Assembly: GCA_021734595.1 (NCBI GenBank)
Contig: JAIPIO010000001.1
Location: 1 to 60,726 of the forward strand
Length of the DNA: 60,726 bases
Reading direction: 5' to 3'
Origin: Kiritimatiellales bacterium
GTDB lineage: Bacteria > Verrucomicrobiota > Kiritimatiellia > Kiritimatiellales > Pontiellaceae
A program made the translations under genes and the position numbers. Numbering within the stretch: position 1 is the stretch's first letter; each line of letters opens with the position of its first letter. The notes below the pieces were generated by a model. That model searched no databases. It was not told the origin of the DNA and saw only the letters and a list, made by a program, of their open reading frames with translations. Positions 47,928-57,800 of the stretch are shown here, piece after piece.

Positions 47928-48095
47928 TGATGTACCCCTTTCTATGTGTAGAAACTAGCTTAGCAAGCGGTTAGTCAAACAACTACAAAAAACACCTCAT
48001 TTTATAATAAGGACACAGGAATATTTTATGTAGAAACCGTTGTGCAACCCCGCCCACTCTGTTAAGCAGTAGCAGTTTTCGATAAGGAATTTATT

Positions 48096-49736
48096 ATGGC
48101 CATTCATCCAGACGCAGGGAAACCCGTTGCAAAGAAAAACCTGACCGACATCGCCGAGCTCGTCAGCCTCTACTACGAGACGCAGCCCAACGTGACCAAC
48201 CCCGACCAGAAGGTCGCCTTCGGCACCTCCGGCCACCGCGGCACCGCGCTGAACACCAGTTTCACCGAAGACCACATCATGGCGATCTCGCAGGCCATCT
48301 GCGAATACCGCGCCGGGCAGGGCATCACCGGCCCTATGTTCATCGGCAAGGATACCCACGCGCTTTCCACTCCGGCCGAAAAAACGGCGCTGCAGGTCTT
48401 CGCCGCCAATGGCGTAACGGTGATGATCGACAAGGACGGCGGCTACACCCCCACCCCCCTCATCTCGCACGCCATCCTCGCATATAACAGAGGAAAGACC
48501 GAAGGGCTGGCCGACGGCGTGGTTATCACCCCGTCGCACAACCCCCCCGATAACGGCGGCATCAAGTACAACCCGCCCAACGGCGGCCCGGCCGACACCG
48601 ATATCACCAGTTGGATTGCCGACCGCGCCAACGGTCTGCTGACCGATGACCTCCTCGAAGTAGAGAGCCTCTACTACCAAGATGCGCTCGATGCCGACAC
48701 CACCGTGGCCTACGACTTCATCTCGCCCTACGTTGAAGACCTCTGCAACGTCATCGACATGGAAGCCATCGCCAAATCCGGCCTCAAGATCTGCGCCGAC
48801 GCCATGGGCGGAGCAGGCATCCGCTACTGGAAGCCGATTGCCGAGAAATACGGTATCGGCCTCACCATCCGCAACGACATCGTCGACCCCACCTTCAGCT
48901 TCATGACCGTCGATCGCGACGGCAAGGTGCGAATGGACTGCTCCTCGCCCTACGCCATGGCCAGCCTGGTCGCCCTCAAAGACGAGTTCGACATCGCCTT
49001 CGGCAACGACCCCGACTACGACCGCCACGGCATTGTCACCAAATCCGCCGGATTGATGAACCCAAACCACTATCTCGCCGTAGCCATCAACTATTTGTTT
49101 ACCCATCGTACCGGCTGGCGCGCAGATGCCGCCGTCGGCAAAACACTGGTGAGCTCGTCAATGATCGACCGCGTTGCCACCGATCTCGGCCGTACGTTGC
49201 AGGAGGTTCCGGTCGGCTTCAAATGGTTCGTCGACGGGCTCGTCGATGGCTCCTACGGTTTCGGCGGCGAAGAATCCGCCGGGGCATCGTTCCTGCGCAA
49301 GGACGGCACGGTTTGGACCACCGACAAGGACGGTATCATCCTTTGCCTGCTGGCCTGCGAAATTCTGGCCGTCACCGGCAAGGATCCGGGCGAGCACTAC
49401 CAGGAGCTCGTCGCCAAGTTCGGCAACCCGGTCTATGATCGCGTCGACGCCCCGGCCACCCGCGAAGAAAAAGCCAAGCTGGCCGCCCTTTCGCCCGATC
49501 AGGTGAAAGCTGAAACGCTCGCTGGCGAAGCCATCATCGCCAAGCTCACCCACGCGCCCGCCAACGGCGCGGCCATCGGCGGCCTCAAAGTGTGCACCGA
49601 AAACGGCTGGTTCGCCGCCCGCCCCTCCGGCACCGAAGACATCTACAAAATCTACGCCGAAAGCTTCAAAGGCGAGGAGCACCTTCGCCTCATTCAAAGT
49701 GAAGCGAGAGAGATAGTGAATCAGGCGCTCGCCTAA
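48096..49736 (+). CDS. pgm: Phosphoglucomutase (alpha-D-glucose-phosphate specific)
   Basis: 546 aa. Phosphoserine loop [16 protein letters not shown]. Mg-binding and sugar-binding loops are as in Pgm. Confidence 0.95.
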   Translation: MAIHPDAGKPVAKKNLTDIAELVSLYYETQPNVTNPDQKVAFGTSGHRGTALNTSFTEDHIMAISQAICEYRAGQGITGPMFIGKDTHALSTPAEKTALQVFAANGVTVMIDKDGGYTPTPLISHAILAYNRGKTEGLADGVVITPSHNPPDNGGIKYNPPNGGPADTDITSWIADRANGLLTDDLLEVESLYYQDALDADTTVAYDFISPYVEDLCNVIDMEAIAKSGLKICADAMGGAGIRYWKPIAEKYGIGLTIRNDIVDPTFSFMTVDRDGKVRMDCSSPYAMASLVALKDEFDIAFGNDPDYDRHGIVTKSAGLMNPNHYLAVAINYLFTHRTGWRADAAVGKTLVSSSMIDRVATDLGRTLQEVPVGFKWFVDGLVDGSYGFGGEESAGASFLRKDGTVWTTDKDGIILCLLACEILAVTGKDPGEHYQELVAKFGNPVYDRVDAPATREEKAKLAALSPDQVKAETLAGEAIIAKLTHAPANGAAIGGLKVCTENGWFAARPSGTEDIYKIYAESFKGEEHLRLIQSEAREIVNQALA

Positions 49737-49828
49737 TTCGCGACGATTGAAACGTGAGGCGTGATTAGTCCAGTCACGTTTCACGGCTCACTTTAATGTA
49801 GACGATGCTTCCAGCTTCGTTGTGCCGG

Positions 49829-49920
49829 GTAGGAATGGCTCGCCGAGCCGTCCGCACACATGGACGGAAGGCCATCCTGCGAGGCGGCGCTTTCGGCGAA
49901 CACGCCCCACCTATTCCTAC
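49829..49920. repeat. 92-bp GTAG-headed miniature element (REP/BIME- or MITE-like)
   Basis: Termini GTAGGAATGG (49829..) and, on the opposite strand, GTAGGAATAGG (..49920). An internal hairpin CCGTCC gcacacat GGACGG. Confidence 0.55.
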
Positions 49921-50060
49921 AGCTTGATCCGATAGAAATGCACCGCGTTGGTAGCGTCGCGGCTCACCAGCTTGAAGGTCAGAGTGTTGGTGGTGACCGC
50001 ATGTTCTTCCAGCTAAACAATGTCGCCCATCAAAACCCCCTGCCTCGCAACATAGCTCTC

Positions 50061-52877
50061 TCATTTTCTCCGACGCTGACTTTCCGCGAAGGCATGAATG
50101 TCCTTCTCGCCAGAACGGAGGAAATCCAAAAAATCCACCCCCATGTATTTGCAGGTTTGGCAGATACTCAGTAACGTTAGATATTCTTTCACCCCCTTTT
50201 CAGTAGAACTTCCAGCAATTACAACTCGGAGTCTCGCAAATGCCTTAATAGCATGCTCGGCAGCGTTATTATGCCAAGGAATCCCGTCATGGCTAAGGAA
50301 TGTAAAGAGTTCATTCCGATTTCGCTCAAACCGTTCTTTGCATTTATTGGCAACCTCACTATGACAATCGGCCTCTCTAATCATTCTATAGAACCGCTCA
50401 ACGCCAGTTAAGTGCTTCTTTAGGTAATATTTCTTGAGTCCAAAGCGATCCACAGTTTCTACTATTTCTTTGAGGAGTTCTGCAAATGCCGTGACCACCT
50501 GTCTTAATTCCGTATCAAATGGATTATTCAGAACGTCGTCATTCAAATCCCGCATCAGGTGAATAAGGCACCGTTGATGAGGGCAATCGATTGAGTTATA
50601 CGCAGTGTAAAAATCGGACACCAAGACTCCACCGAATCCCTCTAAAAGCAGTTGGATCATCTCCCCTTCCCGGCTATCCGCAAAAATGTATACGACCTCA
50701 CTATTACTGGTCAGTACCCAGACAAACCCAGACTGCCCCTGTATGTTTGCCCTAGTTTCATCTGCATGGACAAGCCCTCCTTGAACAATATGATTGAGTA
50801 TCTTCTGCACTGTCTCTGAGTAATATTCCACAACTTTTACTTTCATATTATTAAAAGTACTCGTGCTTAGATCAAAATCGAAAAGCCTGTTAAATTGGCG
50901 AACCACAGTGCGTTGTGGAATATTCAACTCGATAAGCTGGAAGAAGAGATGCACTACCAGATTCCAGCCATACTGCCGGAACAGTCGGAACCTATTTGGC
51001 ATGCCAAAATAAATTCGACATTGTCGGCAGTGGTAAATGCGAAATACGTGCTTGACCACTCTTCGCTTGAGACTGTGCCGCCCGAAAACGATATCATGAA
51101 CCGTTTTAAATTTTTGCGTGGCTTTGGAACGAACCTTCCGTTGGCAATTTGGACAATAGGGTGACGCAGGCCAGACGACAACCAGTTGCGCCTGCTCGGG
51201 CGTTATCTTCCTAGAGCGGTGAGGTGAAACTTTCTTAGGCGGCTTACCAAATCGAGCGTAAACGCGGTCCCTATAATAGTCCCAATGCGCGACGGCATTT
51301 ATTTCCTCAAATCCGTCTATCGGACTGGCAAAGGCTTTCCATTTTGATCTTTGTTGGTTTTGTTCAGCATCCGCATGTACAACATCTGAATCTCCTAATT
51401 GAGCCGAACTCTCCACGCCCAACTGCATAACCAACAATCCGACTCTGTCCGTTAGCAAACTTAGAGCCTCGCAATCCTCTGCATTATAAGAAACCAACTT
51501 CATCTGCTCGGACTGCTTCATGCTGTTCTCCCACACTGCCCTCCATGCTACGGTTTGCACTCCGGAGGGCGAATCGGATGCCCAGTTGAAGCCAAGGTAT
51601 GTGGCAATTTCCTTCAGCCCGTTTGAATAAGTTGGGAAATAGATTTTTGCAAATATCACCGAGACGAGATTACATGCAGAGGCTATTGCTTTCTCTGCAA
51701 CAGATTCGGATGGGGGATTCCCGTAACGCTCGGACATTCGTTTGAAGAAAATAGTTTCGTAGTTGCCATAGTGTATAAGGATGGGATTCTCAACGTTTTC
51801 AAGCACGCCGAGGAATTCCTGCCAAATCTTTCCTTCATCTTCGACTGTGTCCGCCCAAAGGCTGTGATGGACTGCGGATTCACCGTCACCGACTCGCAGG
51901 CCGATGAGGTAGTAGAAATCGCGATCAGGCAACCCTTCGACATCCAGATAGACGGGGGTACCTTCTATTTTTAGTTCCGGACTTCCCACGATGTGGATTT
52001 TATTTTCGCGAATCGCGAGTGCCTTGAGGGAATGGTGGTATCTCTCCGGTTTGTCACGCATCTTCTTGGGTCTTCGACGGGGTCGAAACGTGTAGGAAAG
52101 TTGCGTGACGGTAAAGATACCTTTGCTATTAAGCTTCTTGCGCTCCTTCCCATTCATGCGCGCAAGTAGACTGAGGTCATCTTTTTCCTCCGCGATACGG
52201 CGGCACCTGCTTTGAAACTCGCACTCAGCACAATGCCGATTCAACACAAGATCGGGCGGCGAGGAACTGGAGAGGATTTCGGAGATTCTCGTGAGGCTCC
52301 TTTGCACCTCGGTCGCCAAAGGCGGGAGCTTTATCCGTCGAGTTGCGTGCTTGTCACCGTGAATGATTTTGCCGAGGCCGATAGATCTCTTCAAGGATTT
52401 CGAGAGTGCATGGGCATCAAACGCCAGCATCAGCTTGTCGTCTTTGCCCAGTTTGTTGATGAAGATGAATCGAATGGGAATACATTGCACCGCCTTACCT
52501 TTGTCGTCTGGCGGCACACGCTCGATGGCATGTATATGAGATTCGACCATGCATTTCTGCTGCGGTTTATCCTCCGCCTCATTACCGCCCTCTTCCTCTG
52601 TGTGTACTGGAGGATGGCATTCCGGCTCCTGTGCCGCAACCTTCACAGCCAACCGCCACTTACCACCCTTCATCTCTTTCACCGATGGGGAAACTAAACA
52701 CTCGCCTTCGAGTGTTTCCAGCAGTAATCGCTTAACCTGTGCCTCGCGATAAGACTCGCCTTGGGTCTGAACCCATTCAGCATACGTATTGCCAGAAGGT
52801 GATTCACCAGAGGCTCGCAACCAACACTTGGTTTCGCATTTAAGAAATGCTTCAAAAAGATTAGGCGTAATTCTCAT
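50061..52877 (-). CDS. Fusion protein: TM0106-type RecB/Cas4-like nuclease plus RNase-H-like exonuclease module (N-terminal, about 470 aa) joined to an IS66-family DDE transposase (C-terminal, about 400 aa)
   Basis: One uninterrupted 938-aa ORF with SD GGAGGATTAATCC before the ATG. N-terminal: LKCETKCW .. CAECEFQSRC (Cas4-like Cys set), HhH-like KGIFTVTQL, VYLDVEGLP..YYLIGL..IHYGNYE..YNAEDC. C-terminal: CPNCQRK..HCRQC (zf-IS66-like), VHADETRANIQG..FVWVL..LVSDFYTAYN..HQRCLIHLMRDL, WHNNAAEHAIKAF. Confidence 0.85.
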   Translation of the reverse strand: MRITPNLFEAFLKCETKCWLRASGESPSGNTYAEWVQTQGESYREAQVKRLLLETLEGECLVSPSVKEMKGGKWRLAVKVAAQEPECHPPVHTEEEGGNEAEDKPQQKCMVESHIHAIERVPPDDKGKAVQCIPIRFIFINKLGKDDKLMLAFDAHALSKSLKRSIGLGKIIHGDKHATRRIKLPPLATEVQRSLTRISEILSSSSPPDLVLNRHCAECEFQSRCRRIAEEKDDLSLLARMNGKERKKLNSKGIFTVTQLSYTFRPRRRPKKMRDKPERYHHSLKALAIRENKIHIVGSPELKIEGTPVYLDVEGLPDRDFYYLIGLRVGDGESAVHHSLWADTVEDEGKIWQEFLGVLENVENPILIHYGNYETIFFKRMSERYGNPPSESVAEKAIASACNLVSVIFAKIYFPTYSNGLKEIATYLGFNWASDSPSGVQTVAWRAVWENSMKQSEQMKLVSYNAEDCEALSLLTDRVGLLVMQLGVESSAQLGDSDVVHADAEQNQQRSKWKAFASPIDGFEEINAVAHWDYYRDRVYARFGKPPKKVSPHRSRKITPEQAQLVVVWPASPYCPNCQRKVRSKATQKFKTVHDIVFGRHSLKRRVVKHVFRIYHCRQCRIYFGMPNRFRLFRQYGWNLVVHLFFQLIELNIPQRTVVRQFNRLFDFDLSTSTFNNMKVKVVEYYSETVQKILNHIVQGGLVHADETRANIQGQSGFVWVLTSNSEVVYIFADSREGEMIQLLLEGFGGVLVSDFYTAYNSIDCPHQRCLIHLMRDLNDDVLNNPFDTELRQVVTAFAELLKEIVETVDRFGLKKYYLKKHLTGVERFYRMIREADCHSEVANKCKERFERNRNELFTFLSHDGIPWHNNAAEHAIKAFARLRVVIAGSSTEKGVKEYLTLLSICQTCKYMGVDFLDFLRSGEKDIHAFAESQRRRK

Positions 52878-53005
52878 GGATTAATCCTCCATAAAACCAA
52901 AATGCTTTTCTAATATTCACCTACTTCACTCAGTACCCCAGCGCTCTATCCCAACCACAACCATATGATTCGTTTTAACCAGAAACGATGGTTGAACTGG
53001 TCATT

Positions 53006-54079
53006 CTATCTTCCTGTGTCATGGCCACCCTTTTGAGGAGCAGATTTGATTTGCTGGATCATTCGATCAAAGTCGCTTTCGAAGAGGCGGTCCTGAGTGA
53101 TGCGGTATTTTTCAAACTCGCTTTCGGCATGGGCTTTGGCCAGCTCTGCCGTCACCTTCCCCGCATCCTGAAGGATTTCCCGATCTGTCACCTCGATAAA
53201 CCGATTCAAGCGAGTTTCCCAATCCTGCATGGTCATAGGAATCTTGCGTAACGCCATATCTTCCGCCACATCCAAATAGGCCGAAACCAGTCGTTGTAAT
53301 TGAGCCATTTCGCCTTCTGACAAATAGTTTTTGGCGACACCCACATCGAACACTTGAATTTTCCCCTGTGGAGCATCTTTCCATGAAGTCAGGCCCATAT
53401 GTTGTTTTTGATGATCCGCCCGGTCAACGATCACTTCGGCTGCGGTCTGCGCATGAATGGCCCAATGCAGCTTGTTCTGTACGGTTGCGAAAAACCGTTT
53501 AGTGGCCTGCGCCGAAACATCGTAGTCAATGGATGTCGCATAGATGTCCGTGATTTTTTGGTAGAATTTTCGCTCGGAAAGACGTATTTCGCGAATCCGC
53601 TGCAAGTGTTCTTCAAAATATTGTTCCGATAGGATGGAGCCGCCGTTCTTGATACGCTCATCATCCATCACATAGGCTTTGATGGTAAATTCCTTGATAA
53701 CGTCCGTGGCCCACTTGCGGAACTGCACGGCGCGTTCTGAATTGACCTTGTATCCAACCGCAATTACCGCCGAAAGATTATAGTGCTTGGTGTCGTAGCT
53801 CTTGCCGTCGGCAGCAGTTATTCGAAAATTTCGAATAACTGAAGTTTCCTCCAGCTCACTATCGGAAAACACCTTTTTCAGGTGATAATTGATGGTATGT
53901 GTTTCGACATCATAGAGAACCCCCATCATCTTTTGCGTCAGCCAGATGTTTTCATCCTCATAGCGCATTTCCACGCTGGACTCCGACCCTCCTCCGGCGG
54001 CGAAAAACGTGAGATATTCCGCCGCAGATGAGCGGATCATTGACATCTCTTTTTTATCTGCCCTTTTTTTATCCGCCAT
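53006..54079 (-). CDS. rhuM: RhuM-family (virulence-associated, Fic/DOC-context) protein
   Basis: EMRYEDENIWLTQKMMGVLYDV..INYHLKKVF..RNFRITAADGKSYDTKHYNLSAVIAVGYKVNSERAVQFRKWAT is the canonical RhuM N-terminal region. Start taken at ATG 54079. Confidence 0.88.
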   Translation of the reverse strand: MADKKRADKKEMSMIRSSAAEYLTFFAAGGGSESSVEMRYEDENIWLTQKMMGVLYDVETHTINYHLKKVFSDSELEETSVIRNFRITAADGKSYDTKHYNLSAVIAVGYKVNSERAVQFRKWATDVIKEFTIKAYVMDDERIKNGGSILSEQYFEEHLQRIREIRLSERKFYQKITDIYATSIDYDVSAQATKRFFATVQNKLHWAIHAQTAAEVIVDRADHQKQHMGLTSWKDAPQGKIQVFDVGVAKNYLSEGEMAQLQRLVSAYLDVAEDMALRKIPMTMQDWETRLNRFIEVTDREILQDAGKVTAELAKAHAESEFEKYRITQDRLFESDFDRMIQQIKSAPQKGGHDTGR

Positions 54080-54395
54080 ATCAACGTTCCTTTTTGAACC
54101 ATAGAATGTACCGAATGGAACTTCCGTGTTTTCAGTGTATTCCGTGGTCAACCCTTCTTCTTGCCTGAATGTGTTCCAACAAAACCGCCGCTCGGTCTCG
54201 CTGTCACCCAACTACCTTCCCCATTATCAAAAACCTGAAAGAGCATAGAAAGGAATGCACTTGCCAGCAAGGAGAACCGGAACGTGAAACGTGACGATTG
54301 AAGCGTGGTTTCCTTCTGATCACGCCTCACTCTTCACGAATCATGGCCACCCGCAACTCGACTTTTGAACCCGGTTATGGCTGGATACGGAAATT

Positions 54396-54827
54396 ATGCC
54401 CCGAAAACGATCCAATCATGCACAACGCGGCAGCGCCGGGCAGAACCGGGCCGAGTCGGAGGCCTTTCTGAAAAAGAACGGGTCGAAGCCGGATGTGATT
54501 ACTACCGCGAGCGGACTTCAGTATACCATCAAGGATCCAGGCATTGGAAAAACACCGGACGAGTGGAGCACGGTCGAAGTGAACCAGCGCATCCTGCTCG
54601 TCGACGGCACCATCATCAAGGATACCTACCACGGCACCGAAACGGATACCTTCACGATCAAAGAAGCCATTGACGGCTTGAAGGAAGGGCTCCAGCTCAT
54701 GAAAGAAGGCGGCAAGTTCCGCTTCGTTGTCCCGCCCAACCTGGCATGGGGCAAGCGCGGCGCCGGTGAAAAGATCGGCCCCTACGTCGCTCTCATCTTT
54801 GACATCCGTCTTGAAAAGGTGCTTTGA
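54396..54827 (+). CDS. FKBP-type peptidyl-prolyl isomerase (FkpA/FklB-like), apparently lacking its 5' signal/dimerisation part
   Basis: ..AESEAFLKKNGSKPDVITTASGLQYTIKDPGIGKTP.. followed by an FKBP-like domain ending IFDIRLEKVL. The frame opens only at 54369, just right of the island repeat. No signal peptide. Confidence 0.65.
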   Translation: MPRKRSNHAQRGSAGQNRAESEAFLKKNGSKPDVITTASGLQYTIKDPGIGKTPDEWSTVEVNQRILLVDGTIIKDTYHGTETDTFTIKEAIDGLKEGLQLMKEGGKFRFVVPPNLAWGKRGAGEKIGPYVALIFDIRLEKVL

Positions 54828-54844
54828 GACAGGACACTGGTTAA

Positions 54845-57800
54845 TCAATCCACTCCTAAGCGGTAGAACATGTTCGTCGCCGAAAATACCTTGGAAGTCT
54901 CACTATTGAATACCGCCCCAGGTATCCCATACTGGAAAATGCTCCACGAGTCTGATGCGAGATCCATATTTGTAAGAATATAATACTCGGCACCTTTTAC
55001 ACCGTCCCACTCGATGACCGCCTCTTTCGGCGAAAGAATCTTGAAGTTTTTGATATGTGGGCGGGGCGCACCGCTCTGTCCCGTCACCTGACAGGCCGTT
55101 CCATAAGCCCCGGAAAAGACGAGATCGTTCGTAAACACGCCTATGGATCCCGCGGAAAAACGAACAAGGAAATCCTGCGTTTGGCTATGGACCAGATTAA
55201 ACGCAGTACTCGAAAGAATGCTGAGAGGCGACGAAACGGATGCGTTACCCGTGAGCGTGCCGCCGCCATCGTTCCTTATGGTGAAAACCGTATTCGAACT
55301 TTGCCCAGCCTCCAGCCTTCCAAAATCGAAGCTACCGGGAGAAACATCTATGATGGGCTTTGAGTCAACCCAGACATTGTTCCAGATGAGATTGTAGCTG
55401 TTGCCGGCATGCTCGCCCCAGACCTTTAGGAAATAATTGCCCGGCGCGGGACAGACAACATCAATGAGCTCCATATCGTGAGTCCCAACCGATGTCGCAA
55501 CTAGATTCGTCTGGTCGTCGTACAGGTCGAGCATGATATCGCCTTCCACCCGAACGAAGGCCGCCGTGACGGTCAAGTGCTCGTAGCCGATCGGTTGGAG
55601 AACAAGGCGGTACCAGTCATCGTCGGCTTGGATTCCCGCTCCGGAAAAATCGGACAAGGGGATTCCCGGCCAGGGCGATCCTGGATACCAAGCCGTATTG
55701 AGCGAGTTGTTCTTTTCGTAGGCATCATCTGTGGCAATGGCGGCCCCGGCACGGGCGCTCACCATCTCCGAAAATTCACTCTCGCCATTTGCGTTATATG
55801 CCTTGACGGCAAGGTGGTAGAACTGCTCGGGAGAGAGGTGCGTAATGACCCCGTTTGTGACACCCCCGACGTCCGATCCGGACGCTGGCGTTCCGTCGTC
55901 GGCCGGATTAAACGGAGGACAGATATAGCCATCATCGTAATGGATCGTGTAGCCCGTCGCACCGGCACAGGAGTCCCAGCTCAGATCAATCGTGCCCGGC
56001 GCGCTGCCCGTTTGCGCAACGACATTGGTCGGGGCGAAGGGCCATGGCGGGCGATTGGTGAAGCTGAGGTCGTATGCCATCCCGGCGTTCGGGCCGTGAA
56101 CCTTCAGATAATACCAGCCGTTTGTCGGGGTATTCACCATCAGATGTTCACCCTCTAAGCACTCCGCCGACACGGCTATGAGCGCGCCGGTCGTGTCATA
56201 AGCCGACACGCCGAGGCTCCCCTCCGCTCGAACGAAGGAACAGGTGACGACCAGTTGCCCGCCAAAGGCTGTGTCCACATGGCAGGAGTACCAGTCGTCG
56301 TCGTACTGTAGCCCCTGTCCGTCAATGGTACTTAGAACCCCGCCGAGACAGTTTGAAGGCCAGGCGTATGCGAGGCCTATATTGTCGTTGGGTTCATAGA
56401 AGTCGTCATAGCAAAATTGAAGTAGCTGGCTTATTGAATCATGCCCATTATTGCCGGGTCGATCATAGTCAATGTGCACGTAAAACAGGCTGAGCGGCGA
56501 ATAAACCGGCATTGAGGCGGGAACGGGGACGGATAATGAAAAGAGGTTCGTCTGGCCCGGACCAAGCGGTCCCTGGACGCATGAGGATCCAAACTCGGGC
56601 ACCGGGATAATCCAATTGCCCGCAAAGTATACGCTGACCGTGTACTCCGGGCAGGTTCCGCCTGACACATGGGCAATCTCACAATCCAATTCTAGGACGC
56701 CCCCGACGGCGACGGGCAGCCCCGAGGTCGTTACCTGGGCAATCTCAAGTTCCAGCCGTGGAAGAACGGTGATTCGAGGACTCGCATCATAGGCCGTGTT
56801 ATCGGCGGGAACCAGCTCGTCAGCGTATTCGATATAGCCCCCCAGGTAATAGTCTCCTGGAGGAACATTCGAAGGCACGGTGACGATATTCACACCGGAG
56901 GTTGTTGATCCCGCTGATAGCGGTGTCCATATTTCTGACCAACTCAGTCTGATATCGGTGTCTGTAATTAGTGTATCGGAAGAGAGGTAGAAATACTGCC
57001 GATAAAAAAGACAGTCGAGTGGGCCGTTGTTGTGAAATCGGTATCCAAACAGTAGGTCGTTGCCGGGGATCACCTCCACATCCGGTGCCATGATCTCTTC
57101 TAGAACCAAGTCTGTTAGCCGCGAAAAATTCACTGGATCCGGATCGTTTCCTGTATCGTTATCGTCGGTGTGGTCTCCCGGACCGGACACTATTGCAATG
57201 ATGTAGTAATCGCCCGATGGCACTCCTCCCCATGTGACCGTCTCGCTGTAGTACGGACCGGGTACGCAAACGGTTGCATAGAAAGCATCTTCCTCCCCCG
57301 ACAAAATAGCAGGGCGGTTGGTTTGGCCAATCAGTTGGTCGGAGGATCCTCCGAGCCCAGGGTCGCTGGACGCATAGAACCTGACATCGTATGCCGACGT
57401 ATCACCCGGCCCGAGGTTTTCGACGCGGACAAAAACCTGGAAAGGTTCCGTCTGGTGGAACGGCCCATCCGTCGAATCCACTTCGAGAATGTTCAGATCA
57501 CAGGGATCCGTGAAACAGACGGGCGTCGGGTCAAAACCGGTGTTGTTCAAAGGTGCCGGATCATCCGTACATTCCGAGCGTGCTCCGATAAAATAGCACT
57601 CCTCTGCCAAACTCTCGGGAATATCCAAGGACAGGGAAATCGTGTCGATTTGCCCCGGCCCGATCCATTGACTCTCATCGTCCCTGACTCGTGTTTCCAG
57701 CAGCGGATCGGTAGAGGTGATCATGGAATCGGTGGAGGCGTGTACATAGAGCGTCCAGCTGCTGCACCAGTTTGGGCCGTTGTTGATAACCCTGACATCA

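Larger units (their letters stand above)
49737..54343. mobile_element. AT-richer island of about 4.6 kb bounded by bipartite imperfect inverted repeats; carries the nuclease-IS66 transposase fusion and a RhuM gene
   Basis: Left end 49754-49785 and right end 54283-54330 share CGTGAAACGTGAC and ATCACGCCTCAC in inverted orientation. Composition drops visibly between them. Exact termini and any target duplication are not resolved. Confidence 0.5.

Noticed and set aside
50021-53005. Classical IS66 terminal inverted repeats immediately flanking the transposase ORF
   Set aside because: Comparing 50021-50060 with 52878-53005 showed no convincing inverted match. The only supported inverted repeats are the more distant ones at 49.75 and 54.3 kb, so no minimal IS is annotated.
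54396-54827. FKBP copy 1 as a simple pseudogene
   Set aside because: It retains an ATG, a linker helix and a complete FKBP-like domain of 143 aa, so a functional cytoplasmic PPIase cannot be excluded. It is kept as a CDS at reduced confidence, and only the shorter copy 2 is labelled a pseudogene.
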